From Anthoceros angustus (Eukaryota; Plantae; Anthocerotophyta): a DNA stretch of 64,000 nucleotides. The stretch lies in the NCBI GenBank assembly GCA_010909165.1, contig MU008184.1:806001-870000 (forward strand), in the 5' to 3' direction. The notes below the pieces were generated by a model. That model searched no databases. It saw only the letters and a program-made list of their open reading frames with translations, and was not told the origin of the DNA. The translations under genes were made by a program, and so were the position numbers. Below, one piece after another: positions 11,625-23,182 of the stretch. Each line of letters starts with the position of its first letter. The stretch's first letter is position 1.

Positions 11625-14207
11625 ATGTCTGTCGGGAGCGCTGCAATTCACTCACGCCAATGGCAACAGGAGCTGGTCTGGGGAGAGGTGCTGTGCACCC
11701 AGCAAAGTGGTGGCAAAGAAGCTGCCAGGTGCAGCGCCGTTGGAAGGAAGCCTTCCCGTCCAAAAGGAAACGAGAGGGGCGTGACTGCAGAAACTGTGAG
11801 CGAGCTATGCCAGCAGGGACAGGTCACTGACGCCGTTGAGGCTTTGGGACTTCTGGTGCTTACACACTCGATTCTTTCCAACTCTCTCTTTCATTCGGTC
11901 CTGAAGGAGTGTGTGGCTAAGAAGGATCTGGCTCTGGGTCGCAGAGTTCATGCTCTCACGGTTAAACACGGGTATGAGTCGGACACGTTTTTGTGCAACC
12001 ACATTCTGCGGATGTATGCTTCTCATAACAGGTTGCAGGAAGCTATGGATGTGTTCACAGAGGTTGGTGAACCAGGTGCCTTCACGTGGTCTGCCATAAT
12101 CTCTGCGCATGTAAAGAACGGACAACACGAGCAGGCTGTGGAACTGTATCATCGGATGCGCAGGTCAAGTGTGAAGCCAAATGGGCATGTGTTTGTCGCT
12201 GCCCTTCAGGCTTGTGCCAGGGGAGCAGACTTAAAATCCGGGCAGCAGGTGCACGCCGATGTCTTGCGCAGTGGAGTTGAGCCTGATTTGTTTGTCTGTA
12301 GTTGCTTGGTGGACATGTACGCCAAGTGTGGGAGCTTGGAAGATGCTGACAGAGTGTTCCGAGGGCTTGTTCACAAGGATGTGGTGGTATGGAACGCCAT
12401 GATTGCTGGATATTCCCAGCAAGGCCTGGGTCTGGAAGCCCTTCGTCTTTATAGTGCTATGCAAGAGGAAGGCATCACTGCTCCCAATTCTGTGACATTT
12501 GTGTGCGTTTTGCAGGCGTGTTCCAGTGTGGGCATCTCAGCTTTGGAGAAGGGGAAACAGGTTCACGCGCGGATCAAAGAACAAGGACTTCAGGGCGATG
12601 CAGTTGTTGGTGGGAGCCTGGTGAATATGTACGCAAAGTGTGGCAGCCTGGAGGATGCTCGGGGTGCGTTCAAGGGGCTTGGTCGAAAGACTGTGGTGAC
12701 ATGGAATGCCATGATAGCAGGATATTCTCAGCAGGGCATGGGGCAGGAAGCCCTTCATCTTCTGACGGCTATGGAAGAAGAAGGCGTAGTTGCACCTGAT
12801 TCCGTGACATTTGTGTGCCTTCTGCAAGCTTGTGCAAGGGTGGGCAGCCTGGCTCTGGAGAAGGGGAAGCAGCTTCATGCGCAAATTAGAGAGCGAGGAC
12901 TTCAAGCTGATGTATTTGTAGCGAGCAGTTTGGTCGACATGTATGCAAAGTGTGGCAGCCTAGTGGATGCACGTGTCGTATTTGACGGCCTGGGTCAGAA
13001 AAATGTGGTGACTTGGAGTGTGATGATATCAGGATATTCCCAGCAGGGCAAGGGGCAGGAAGCCCTTCGTCTTTACAGTGTTATGCAAGAAGAAGGCCTT
13101 GCTGCACCCAATGCTGTGACATTTGTTTCCCTTCTGCGGGCATGTGCTAGTGTGGGCAACCTTGCTTTGGAGAAAGGAAGGCAGCTTCATGCAGAAATTA
13201 GGGTACAGGGGCTTCAGGTTGACGTGTTTGTAGCCAACAGCTTGGTGAACATGTACGCAAAGTGCGGCAGTTTAGAGGATGCTCAGGGCATATTTCACAG
13301 ACTTCGTCAGAAGGATGTGGTGACTTGGAATGTTATGATAGCAGCGTGTTCCCAGCAGGGCATGGGGGAGGAAGCCCTTCGTCTTTACAGGGCCATGTAT
13401 GAAGAAGGCATTTGTTCACCCAATTCAGTGACATTCGTCTGCCTCCTTCAGGCATGTGCAAGTGTTGCAGCTCTGCAGGTGGGAAGGCGGCTTCATGCTC
13501 AAATCAAACAACAGGGACTTCAAGGAAATCTGCTGGTAGCTGGCAGTTTGATAAACATGTATGGAAAGTGTGGGAGCATGGTTGACGCACGGCAGGTGTT
13601 TGAGACACTGGACGAAAGAGACTCTGTCGCCTGGAATGCACTGATTGCAGGATACACCCGTCAAGGAGACAGCGAGGAGGTCTTTGCCTTGGTTCTCAGA
13701 ATGAGACAGAATGGCATGCAGCCAGACGGCGTGACATTCCTTAGTGTGCTAACAGTATGCAGTCACGATGGCCTAGTGAACAAGGGGCAAGAGTACTTTG
13801 AGGCTATGACCAGATACTATGCTATCACTCCGACTGAAGACCACTACACATGCATGGTGGATATGCTAGGTCGTGCGGGACATGTGGACAAGGCACTAGC
13901 TCTCATAAGGACAATGCCTGTCAGTCCTAATGCTGCAATCTGGCACACTCTATTAGGTGCTTGTCAAAAGTGGAGCAATGTGGAGGTGGCACGCCATGCT
14001 TTCCGTGAAGCTGTTAAGCTGGATGAGAAGGATGCTGCAGCATATGTGTTGATGTTGAACATATACACAGGTGCCCAGATGTGGGAGCAGACAGAGGAGA
14101 TGCAGGCAAAGAGAAAAGCAATCAGGGCATGGAAGCAGCCAGGCCAGAGCTGGTGGACAGACATGGACGGACTTGTACACATTTTCTTGGTTGGAGCTTT
14201 TTCTTGA
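11625..14207 (+). CDS. PLS-class PPR protein, E1-E2 plus truncated WW-type PG box
   Basis: 860-aa single-exon ORF paralogous to the previous gene; ends WKQPGQSWWTDMDGLVHIFLVGAFS*. Confidence 0.92.
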   Translation: MSVGSAAIHSRQWQQELVWGEVLCTQQSGGKEAARCSAVGRKPSRPKGNERGVTAETVSELCQQGQVTDAVEALGLLVLTHSILSNSLFHSVLKECVAKKDLALGRRVHALTVKHGYESDTFLCNHILRMYASHNRLQEAMDVFTEVGEPGAFTWSAIISAHVKNGQHEQAVELYHRMRRSSVKPNGHVFVAALQACARGADLKSGQQVHADVLRSGVEPDLFVCSCLVDMYAKCGSLEDADRVFRGLVHKDVVVWNAMIAGYSQQGLGLEALRLYSAMQEEGITAPNSVTFVCVLQACSSVGISALEKGKQVHARIKEQGLQGDAVVGGSLVNMYAKCGSLEDARGAFKGLGRKTVVTWNAMIAGYSQQGMGQEALHLLTAMEEEGVVAPDSVTFVCLLQACARVGSLALEKGKQLHAQIRERGLQADVFVASSLVDMYAKCGSLVDARVVFDGLGQKNVVTWSVMISGYSQQGKGQEALRLYSVMQEEGLAAPNAVTFVSLLRACASVGNLALEKGRQLHAEIRVQGLQVDVFVANSLVNMYAKCGSLEDAQGIFHRLRQKDVVTWNVMIAACSQQGMGEEALRLYRAMYEEGICSPNSVTFVCLLQACASVAALQVGRRLHAQIKQQGLQGNLLVAGSLINMYGKCGSMVDARQVFETLDERDSVAWNALIAGYTRQGDSEEVFALVLRMRQNGMQPDGVTFLSVLTVCSHDGLVNKGQEYFEAMTRYYAITPTEDHYTCMVDMLGRAGHVDKALALIRTMPVSPNAAIWHTLLGACQKWSNVEVARHAFREAVKLDEKDAAAYVLMLNIYTGAQMWEQTEEMQAKRKAIRAWKQPGQSWWTDMDGLVHIFLVGAFS

Positions 14208-15166
14208 AATCAAGAAGGATGAATGTGTTTCACATTCGGACTGTCACCTGATGATGAAAACATGTGAGAGGCGGGCTATAGTGCATTCCTTAAAGCATAT
14301 GCTCCAGCAGACTGGCAGAACTTTCACAACTGCAAACTTTTTGAAGACCTGTGTCTTTTGGTGACTGATCATTCTGGTGAGATGTTTGCCTTGATTCCAT
14401 CATGTATCGAGTTCAATGTGACCCGCAGGCCTGCTACAAACACATAGCAAATCCTACGTTGTTTGTACTCGCCTTTCATACGCTTGGGTTCCGTACCCTC
14501 ACCAGGCAAGGGATTGGTGCCTCTTGCATCCATGGCTCCATTCTGGGGATCGGCATTGTGGACCAGCTTGGCATATTAGGAAGAACTTTCTTTGACCTGG
14601 CTTGAGCCTTGGCAAACAATTAAGCCGTGAGGTGCAGCACCCGGCAAAGAAGTCTGTTGGATGAAGTCTGGATCGTCGCCAGGACAATTTTTATTGCTAT
14701 ATGGCTCTAAGAGGATGCTTGCCTGCGAACGATTTGCCTGTCTCTTCCTACATGGCAGATGGGCTATGATTCACATGCATATGTTCTTGTGCAACCAACC
14801 CATTGTAACTTTATCTTGCACTTACTTGTAAGGCACCTGCATAGTGAAGAACTGGGCTAGCCCTGGAAATGCCGGTACTGTACATATGTGGTGGGCTCGG
14901 AGCGCTGGGAACACGTCTGGGCCCAAGCTGCCGCCGCAGTGAAGTGCAATAGCCGTACATTAAGCCAAAACCCAAAACCCAGCCAGCTGGGCCAGCTGTG
15001 CCAGCTCCGCAAATCACAGTGTCCATATCCATTTGGTGCTGCAAGCAGAGGGCATGCTTGCGCGGAGCAAATAACCGCGCGGACCGGAGCCGGCATTTGA
15101 GTCTGGAATGAAACCGGAATGGTATGTAGAAGCGTCCATCGCTAGTCGGCCGATCAAACCAGGGAG

Positions 15167-17391
15167 ATGCGCACCCCAGATTCCTGTGCCCCGACCGGGC
15201 CGGATTGGACATCGGCTCTTCTAAGAGCATTCAGACAGCTCTGCCGAGCCTGCTCACCGTCGTGCTCCTGCCTCACCTCTCGCCTATGCGCTGTCTGTTA
15301 TAGCATGCCGAGGCCTATTCTGGAACTCCAACAAGATCGGCTCATGGTTTTCTCCAATGGAAAAATATGCATCACCATAGACAGCACCACTCATCAAAAG
15401 CAGTTCTATCTGATCTAGGTGCCTGATTAGGTCGGACGCAAGAGCAGGTGACGCGCAGGCTGGTCAGGTCATTCCCGTGCCTAGTGATGGTCCGCCCCGC
15501 TTCTGGCAGCAGTCGGGGTTCGGGCCGGGGGAACACCGCAGGGAATCTCGCCTCAACCACGCGGCATCTGAGCACTGAAGCTGAGGAGGAGAAGGACGAG
15601 GGACCTGAGGAAGGAGAGGTTCTTTTGGTGAGCTGTCCTGCACCCAATCTGCGATTCTTGATCGTTCTGTTCCTGCCTGGAGGTTTTGGCTGTCCGTTCA
15701 TGGTCCTTCGACTTCTGCTTCTCACAGCGTGATGCAATGCGTCTGCAGGATAGGTCTGGATTGGCAAGTCTTCTCGAGGATGAGGTCGGTCTTTGGACCA
15801 CGGATGCCGGAGATGAGGAGATTGAGCAGGTGTGTACTGCAACAGCTTGTGCCTGAGAACTGGATGAAGGGTCTGCTGGAATTGCGGGAGAGGGGGTTTC
15901 CGTGGAAGTTGCAGTTTTGTTGACAGATTTGCCTGGCTTTTTCAGCTTGATTCGCAAAATCCGGGAAAGGGAAAGCGGGGCGGTGGACCTCAGAGAAAGC
16001 TTGCCAAAAAGGTATTTAGCATGAGTCCGTGTCTGAATCTGGCAAGCAGACTCTGCAGCCTGGTTTCTGGAACGTGTTTCGGCTGTCGTTGTAGCTTAGC
16101 TCACTGTAGTGACATTTGTTTCTGCAGGCTCTGTATCGGAAAAGGAGGGCCGAGAAGGAGAGACAAATGGGCCTGAGGCCCTCTAAGAGGGTGAAATTAA
16201 GTGAGCCGCCACGCAAACTCTGTACCTTTTTTCTCAAGGGGAGGTGTGCCAAGGTATGATTGTGTGGTAGTGTGTACACGTTGTTGCCGTAACCTTTTCC
16301 CAGGAGCTTTCAGGGCCTACTCTAGTGTTGAGTTTTCCTTCTGCAGATCTCTTGGGTCCTGACGTGCAATATCTTGCGAACACCTTGCAGGGAAAGGATT
16401 GCACTTTTTCTCATGACTGTGTTCCTGTGACGAAGTCAGAGGCATGCTCCTAGGCCACTTGGAAATTTTCTTGCAGGTGTTGCTTCTCGGTGCTTGGGTT
16501 GAGCATTACTGGGACTCTGACACTACTGTTTGTGTGACTGTAGCCGTGCAAGTTTTTGACCATGGCTTGCTGTTTAAAGGGAGATGATTGCCCTTTCTCA
16601 CACGATCTTGCTTCATTCCCATGCAAGTACTTTCATACTCGAGGGTTCTGCTTTGATGGTGCCACATGCCGCTTCTCACATGCGGTTAGTGTTTCTGACC
16701 TGCGAAACAGCATTGCTCTCTTTGCTAGCGTTGAATATGATGTTTCCTTTCTGCCATATCGCTCAGCATAATCTTGTTGCTGAATGCACAGCCAATCACA
16801 GAGGAAGATCGGAAAAAGTTAATGAAGCGTGTGGACCAGGAGACTAAGGACCGTCATCTTCAACAGGAGAAGGCCACTGAAACAGGTGCTTTTGATGTGC
16901 CTCCTGGGTATACGCAACTCTCCGACGACCTGTCATCTGTCCAGATAGATTGTGGCAGCATCGTGGAAGCTGCCTCTGAAAGCCTGCAGTTGCAAGGGGT
17001 CGCTTCAGACGAGGCTTCCTGTCATGTGCGAAACATTTCAGGAGAGAACCTGCCAAGTTTTGCCTCCAAGTTAGATGACCCTGGAAGCATCGGGGATCCT
17101 AAGGAAGGCGAGAACTTTGTGCTGGTGGCTGCCAGGAAGGCAGCAGCAGCGGCTGTTGCTGAACAAAATAGTGCTGCTCAGGATCGTGGGCTTGCTTTGC
17201 GAAGGAGTAGAGGTTTTGAGGGGAGTGCGATGGAGCTACTGAAGGCAACGTTGAAAAAGGAAGTAGATGATTCAGTACCACAACTGACCGAGACCGGTGG
17301 GAACTGTGCTCGAAATTCCGGCAGCCGCAAGCCTACTAGTGCTATGGCGTTTCTGGAAGAGTTCCTTAAGGATGAAGTCTCGTATATGTGA
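15167..17391 (+). CDS. Spliced CCCH zinc-finger protein with three fingers (ZC3H4/6/8-like, plant C3H7/C3H65-like); 5' exons uncertain
   Basis: Exons 16128-16253, 16391-16441, 16544-16684 and 16792-17391 splice in phase to give CTFFLKGRCAKGKDCTFSH, CKFLTMACCLKGDDCPFSH and CKYFHTRGFCFDGATCRFSH, preceded by a basic RKRRAEKERQMG stretch. Confidence 0.85.
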
Positions 17392-18483
17392 ACATTGCGT
17401 TGGACTGCAGGTAGTCTGAGAGCAGAAGGGCCTTGTCTTCTCGGTCGCTTGATTGCAACCAGAGCGAGGACTGCAGCTGCTCATGGTTGACCTGGGTTGA
17501 CTTGGCTCTGGGATAACAGGGAGCCATCTCTCATCAACAAAGTGTGGACAACCGTGAGCAGACCTAATGCCAGAGATGTGATGAGGGTATCGCAGATGTT
17601 TCCCCATGTCAGGGAGCAGGTTCAGTGCCGCAATCTGATTGAGCGGGTTTGTTTGGAACGGTTTCAAGTCTTTTGTTATCAGCATCACAGGGAAATGGAT
17701 TCTGAGAGGGCTCTGTTCTTCAGGAGCTAGCACTATGTATTCTGAGAATGCATTGGGCCTACTTCGTGAAGCGGGGGGAAGAGGAGCCTTAATTGCTTGT
17801 GGACCATTGACTCGTCCACAGGTACGAAGCATCTGATGTTGGAAGTTGCGGAGAAGTTTTCTCGTCAATGCCACGGTGGGCGCTTTCGCTCCATAGATTG
17901 GAAGTTCATTTAAGTCGAAGGCCAGATGGCTGTTCAATTCAAACCCAAAAACACAAAGTCAACGAGAACTCAACATTCCGCAGCAATTACTGATGAAAGG
18001 CTTGAAACTCCAATTTGGCCTCGAGACTTCTTTGAATAACGATTACTGCTAGAAGCCGCAGCAAAGCTGATGTCGCTGGCCCTCGACATTTAAGGCCTGA
18101 CACTCCCAGTGGTCGTAGCCTTGGGCGGGCAATCTCTTGGGATGGCTTCCCAAGATGGAGATAGGTCCAGATGGGAAATGGAAACTGCAGAGATGCATCA
18201 ATTGGTCACAGTATCACGGTGAAGAGGAGTTTGGTCTCATCTTGCTAGAGCGAAGAGCCTCATACTTGGACCAGTTATTCCGCATGTTGCAAAAACAAAA
18301 CCTCACAACTCACTGACGATAACGTTGAGATTTAACACATCAATCGGCACCAGGGGCTGTGTTACAACACGGAACGAGTTTGCGAGGCATTCCATAAAGA
18401 CAGATCACGTCTACATAACATCGTGAATGCACTTCGTAACAACGAGGTCGAAAATCCAGTCTCTTCACTATCCCCGCGGGCGG

Positions 18484-18825
18484 TTACGGTCGACCTTGGC
18501 ACCAGCTGGTGTTTTGACAATCGGAAAAGAAAGAGCAAAAGTTGATCCCACAGCCGGGCGTCTGACTCTGCGTCTCCTCCAAACCACGCCCTGCCGCCTC
18601 GCAGCATTGGTCCAATGGAGAGCTCTCGCTGCAAACCGCGAGATAACCCGCGGCATTTTCAATGGCGTATTCGCAAAATGACGGGGATGCGGGAGCTGGC
18701 CCTGCTGCTGCATGGTCCGAGAGTTTCCTTGTCGCAGTGGAGTTCAAGGGATTGGTGATGACCAGGAGCGCCAGTATCGCTCCAAATCGGGCTACCCGCT
18801 TCCAATTCGCTCCCTCCTGTGCCAT
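18484..18825 (-). CDS. Small secreted 8-cysteine protein (copy A)
   Basis: MAQEG...FGAILALLVIT signal-like N-terminus; C-x13-C-x8-CC-x16-C-x4-C-x5-C-x5-C. Confidence 0.75.
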   Translation of the reverse strand: MAQEGANWKRVARFGAILALLVITNPLNSTATRKLSDHAAAGPAPASPSFCEYAIENAAGYLAVCSESSPLDQCCEAAGRGLEETQSQTPGCGINFCSFFSDCQNTSWCQGRP

Positions 18826-19475
18826 GGCCTTCAAATCTCGGGAGCTCACAGCAATATTCGGCTGAATTGATGAAGACAAGTTCCCCACGAGTCTTCAGAC
18901 TCTTATACATCATCCCGGATAAGGCTAGCTCAGCACTGAAGCACTCCACTTAAACTAAAAGATTACTAGTTCTGAACTACCACTGTGCACCTCAGATGGA
19001 TATGACACGCTGCCTCTAAGGTTCCCGTTACCTTACGTGGAGCCACTGTTTCGTTAGGGGAGGGTGGGGAGGGAGGCTTTGTCCCAAAGCCGCAAGTTTG
19101 TGAAGAGCATGCATAAGGCGGGCAGTCCCGTGAGATAGCTTCCAAGATTGAAATGGGTGCAGATGGGAAATGCAAACTGCACAGTTGCATCAATTGGTGA
19201 CAGTATCAAGATGGAGATGAGATTGCTCTCATCTTGGAACGAAGAGCCTCGTATTTGGACCAGATATTCCGCCAGTTGCACACACAAAATCTCACTCGAC
19301 TCATTGACAAATTCAATAATGTCCAAGATTACAATTGGCAGCAAGGGCTGTGTTACAACTTGGAAGAAGTTTGCGAGCCAACATTCCGTAAAAGACGAGG
19401 ACGTCTAAGTAGACGGTCCTTGTCAACATAACTTGAAAATCAAGGCCCTGCACCATGCACCCTCCCCGCGGGCGG

Positions 19476-19784
19476 TTACGGTGGGCCTTGGCACATGGCA
19501 GTCATTCGACATTCCGCGAAATAGCAACTGCCCATCAACAGTTGGCAGCCTCCCAACTGGCTCTGTGCCATCATCCAACTCCCTACCTGCTCGCAGCATT
19601 GTAGAAGAGTGGGAGCGTCTGCAGAGTTCTCGCAATCCTGAATCCTACTCGCGCCGTTCGTTAAGATGTCCCCGCATGACGGGGGTCCCGTGCTCGCAGT
19701 GGCGCAGTAGAGGAAATTGGTCACCAGGAGGAGCGCTATCGTCCCGAATCGGGCTGCCTTCCCATTCCATCCCTGAGGAGCCAT
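19476..19784 (-). CDS. Small secreted 8-cysteine protein (copy B, tandem paralog)
   Basis: MAPQG...ARFGTIALLLVTN; C-x13-C-x11-CC-x15-C-x6-C-x4-C-x5-C; stop context CCGTAACCGCCCGCGGGG shared with copy A. Confidence 0.75.
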   Translation of the reverse strand: MAPQGWNGKAARFGTIALLLVTNFLYCATASTGPPSCGDILTNGASRIQDCENSADAPTLLQCCEQVGSWMMAQSQLGGCQLLMGSCYFAECRMTAMCQGPP

Positions 19785-21495
19785 GGCCTCGAAACCTCGG
19801 AAGCGCACTGCTATGCAGCTGTAGCTGAGATTCAAATGGATGGCTGTAGCTGTAGTGTGCACAATACAGCTCGGCAGACAGATGGATTTATATCCATGCG
19901 CTACTCTCTTCCTTGTATGACGAACCTTAGGTCCGCCGAACATCTACCTATACATTTCAAGCTGTCTGCAATCTTGGCGTGTCATCTTGTAAGCATGAAC
20001 CATGACAAATAAGAAACCGTACGATCAGTAATGCAGCTCCTCTACCCAGCGAGACCGTACGAACATTTGATGCATGAATTGGAGGGTTTGTGAGCCACAG
20101 CAGCTACATAATTTCACTGTCCTTCCTGAAGAAAATGTCAAGGTCGAGCACAAGGCAAAATTCAGCAGCAGATGCTTTCGGACATGGCTGTGAGAATCTC
20201 AGCCATGACCTCTGCATCTGCTCCAAGCCTGATTCGGCCCGGAAGCTACACGATCGAGCAAGAAGGATGTGATTGGAAGCCGCAACGAAAGTAGATGCTG
20301 CTATATGGAGTACGGATTTCATCGTTTAGGGCGCAGGAAGATGAGATTTCCCACTTCTCTCTGGAACGAAGATGATGTTTAGGTTTTGGCGATTCAAATA
20401 AAATCTCATTCGACTCGACTGGAGTCGATTTGAGCGCTGAAAATAACCTTAAGGCATCACTTGACTGCGTCACAACTTGAAACGAGTAAATTCTTGTAAG
20501 GTAAGGTTTTATTTACAGTTCGAATAAAGGTAAGATATATCACTTTCAAAAGCCTAGGACTGGACTCAACATGAGCAGTGACAAAGGCCTTCGACTCACT
20601 GGACTCAACTTGAGCACTAAAAACGGGCTTCAACATTTAAAGCATTTATCCGGAGGGTATGTACTCGCAACATGAAATAAGTATACTTGCAAAGCCCTTA
20701 AGGTTCCATTCAAAGCCCGATTAAAGGTTAACCCCGGAAGGCCGGAGCGACTAACTCCGAGTTGTGAGAGCCTTGTTTTGAGTCCTGGATTTATTTGTGG
20801 TCGGATATCTGAGACTTTGGAGCAGAGCACGACCGGGTCTTCTTCCACCTGCCACATTTTTCCTCGAAAAAAACAATCACCATCTTCGCCCTCTATGATG
20901 CAAAGATCTAAAGATTCCTGGAAGATGCTTAAAGATGCTGCTCAACTATGTTGTAGACAATGCCCAAGCAGTTCCGCGCTCCGCCCCCCTTCGTGCTCTT
21001 CCGCTCCCATCCGATTCCGGTATCTCGGTCCCTTGCACGCACACCAGTTTGGTTGGAGGGATAGGGTCACCGGTTTATGGCGGATCCCAAGACGCATATT
21101 CCATCATCAATGACCAGGCGTCAATGGCCGTGTGGCCACCGCCATGCCGTTGCTTTGCTGCATCATGGCGCGGGTCCATTTGCCTTAATCCTTGTGCCCC
21201 TTCAATACATTCATTCCCTGAGCCGGTTGCTCAACTCTCAGATTTTCGCCTCGCATCGCCTACATTCGGCTAGCCTCAGCGCAAGCATGTCTCAACGTCG
21301 CCGCTCCGAGAAGAAAGCTCCTACTTCCCCGTTGTCGCCACCACTACCGCCGAGCCCCGATTACGCCGAACATGCCGAAGTCATCCGGAAGTGGGCAACA
21401 GACTCTGAATACATGCCCGATCAGGTGGATGCCATTATCAGGCTGCTGGATGAAGGATGGTTGAATGCTCACCCCCTTCCTGCTGGAATGCAATG

Positions 21496-22989
21496 AACAC
21501 GGTATTTTCCGAAGGGGGTGAATATCCAAACCCCCTTTTTGGTTTCTAATCCCTCTTAGCACATCCCACACAGTCCCAAAATATGCATTTTAGCTAGTTT
21601 TCAAGAAAGGACGAGCCTTTTACAAGAAGTGGGTAACGTGAATGCCTGTTTCAAACACACAGCGACAACAAATTTAAAACCAAGTGAAAGCGCCGGCTGG
21701 CCGATGCTTTCACTTGGTTTTTGAGGAAGGCGGGAAAATGAAAACATCCATTGCCTCACTACAACTGGTCCATAAGTTATAACAAACACGGAGAAGAAGC
21801 ACATCTAGGTGCCTACAAAAAGAAAAACCTACTCTCTAGGGCTAACTTGTGACTCATCGAGTGCTAGGACAGACTTTGAATCCATCACGATGGCCAAATT
21901 TCGAATCCGCTCTAGTTCCCAGTCATCGAAGCTATCGTTCTTGCCCAAAGCCCTTGAGTCTTCGTTCACTCCATTGTCGTTGTCATCAGGAGTCGGGGAA
22001 GGCTGCTAAACATTATCAAGGGTTTGCTGGCCCTCTACCAAAAGAGCTCCAGTTTTGGTCTTCAGCCGACGAGCATTCAAAGAAACTACCTGAGCTTTCA
22101 GAGAGTCCTTCTCGCTGAGACACACCTCCTTTGCCTAGAATTGCGCAAGTCCTCTGTGGTGGGCCTCGAATGTCAATTCTTCGTCAGCATATGGCAGAAC
22201 CTCATACCCATGGATCTGTTGTGGAATATATCCTCCACACCTCAAGTCAGCCTCAATAGCAATACAATTTCGTCCGAACAATAGAGCTGCCAATAAAGTT
22301 GTCCCACTCCCAGAGCAAGCATCCAAAACCCAATCTCCCTGTTTGGAGAAGGTTTTGATAAGTTTCATCATTAGCCCTAGAGGCCTCTGGTATGGGCATA
22401 CCAACAACTTGTCATGTGACATGTACACTTGTTTCTTCTCAACAGTGTCATGAGCGATTACAGACCTCCCATTGTTGAAAGTACCATGCATGGCATTTGG
22501 CATCATTGGAGCCATCCCCCCACCCCAAACCCAAAGACACTTTGTAAACAAATCCCAATATAGGCCTACGACTGTCCGACATTCGCAAGGCATCATCGCA
22601 AGGCCAGGAAAAGGCGCCGGCTGGCTGGCGTCCTTCCCCTCAGACCTCCCCGACCGTCAGCGGTTCAACCTGTCATGCAAATCTCATCACCATGCCTTTT
22701 AGGGGTCTTTAGGTTTGCAGTACGAGAATGACCGGCAACAATGGCCCTTGTCATGGGTCTTAAATGCACCCCAAATAAGGTAAACTCTTAGACCATAACC
22801 CTTCGCTGGTATGAAATGGACCTAAGCTTGTATCATTGGTTCACACAAATTGTCACCCTTCTTTTCTGCCTTAAATTCACCCATACCCCAAAAACCACGA
22901 GTTCAACACCCATGTGAAACCTCCTTCGGGAGATAAAAGTCACAAAACCCCCTTGCTGCATATTCACCCCCTTCGAAAAATACCGTGTT
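21496..22989. mobile_element. Non-autonomous TIR DNA transposon, 1494 bp, 30-bp TIRs, 4-bp TSD
   Basis: AACACGGTATTTTCCGAAGGGGGTGAATAT (21496-21525) matches the reverse complement of 22960-22989 at 29/30; AATG at 21492-21495 and 22990-22993. Confidence 0.9.
21829..22596 (-). pseudogene. C-terminal half of a beta-class N4-cytosine/N6-adenine DNA methyltransferase plus acidic tail
   Basis: CPYQRPLGLMMKLIKTFSKQGDWVLDACSGSGTTLLAALLFGRNCIAIEAD matches the N6_N4_Mtase pattern HPTQKPxxLxxxLIxxxSxxGDxVLDPFxGSGTTxxAAxxxGRxxIGIE. The frame continues through TAG stops at 22135 and 22006. No DPPY/SPPY motif seen. Confidence 0.85.
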
Positions 22990-23182
22990 AATGGCCTGCT
23001 GTTCTAGTTGCGAAAAATTACATGCATCAATACCGTCGTGAAGTCGCTCTCAAGTTGGGGTGGACTGCATGCCGGGAGGAAGGGCATCCCAATGGGTTTT
23101 CGCCCAATGTCAATTCTGCGATATGGGCAAGGTGGCTAGATTTGCCTGATCTTTCACCTTGATTCACGGAGATGGTTGTGAT

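Larger units (their letters stand above)
21287..23162 (+). pseudogene. Small ORF interrupted by the TIR element
   Basis: Removing 21496-22993 (element plus one TSD) rejoins ...HPLPAGMQ-WPAVLVAKNYMHQYRREVALKLGWTACREEGHPNGFSPNVNSAIWARWLDLPDLSP* in frame. Confidence 0.65.

Noticed and set aside
4865-14213. Many antisense and alternate-frame ORFs over the PPR genes (also at 45-51 kb)
   Set aside because: Shadow frames of repetitive PPR coding sequence with no independent motifs.
17272-17937. 221-aa minus-strand ORF and short plus-strand ORFs after the CCCH gene
   Set aside because: No recognisable motifs; overlaps the 3' end and probable UTR of the CCCH gene.
21494-22991. Reading the MTase element as TTAA|CAC...GTG|TTAA (piggyBac type)
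   Set aside because: The left flank is TGAA and this excision gives an early stop, whereas the AATG duplication is perfect and restores the ORF.
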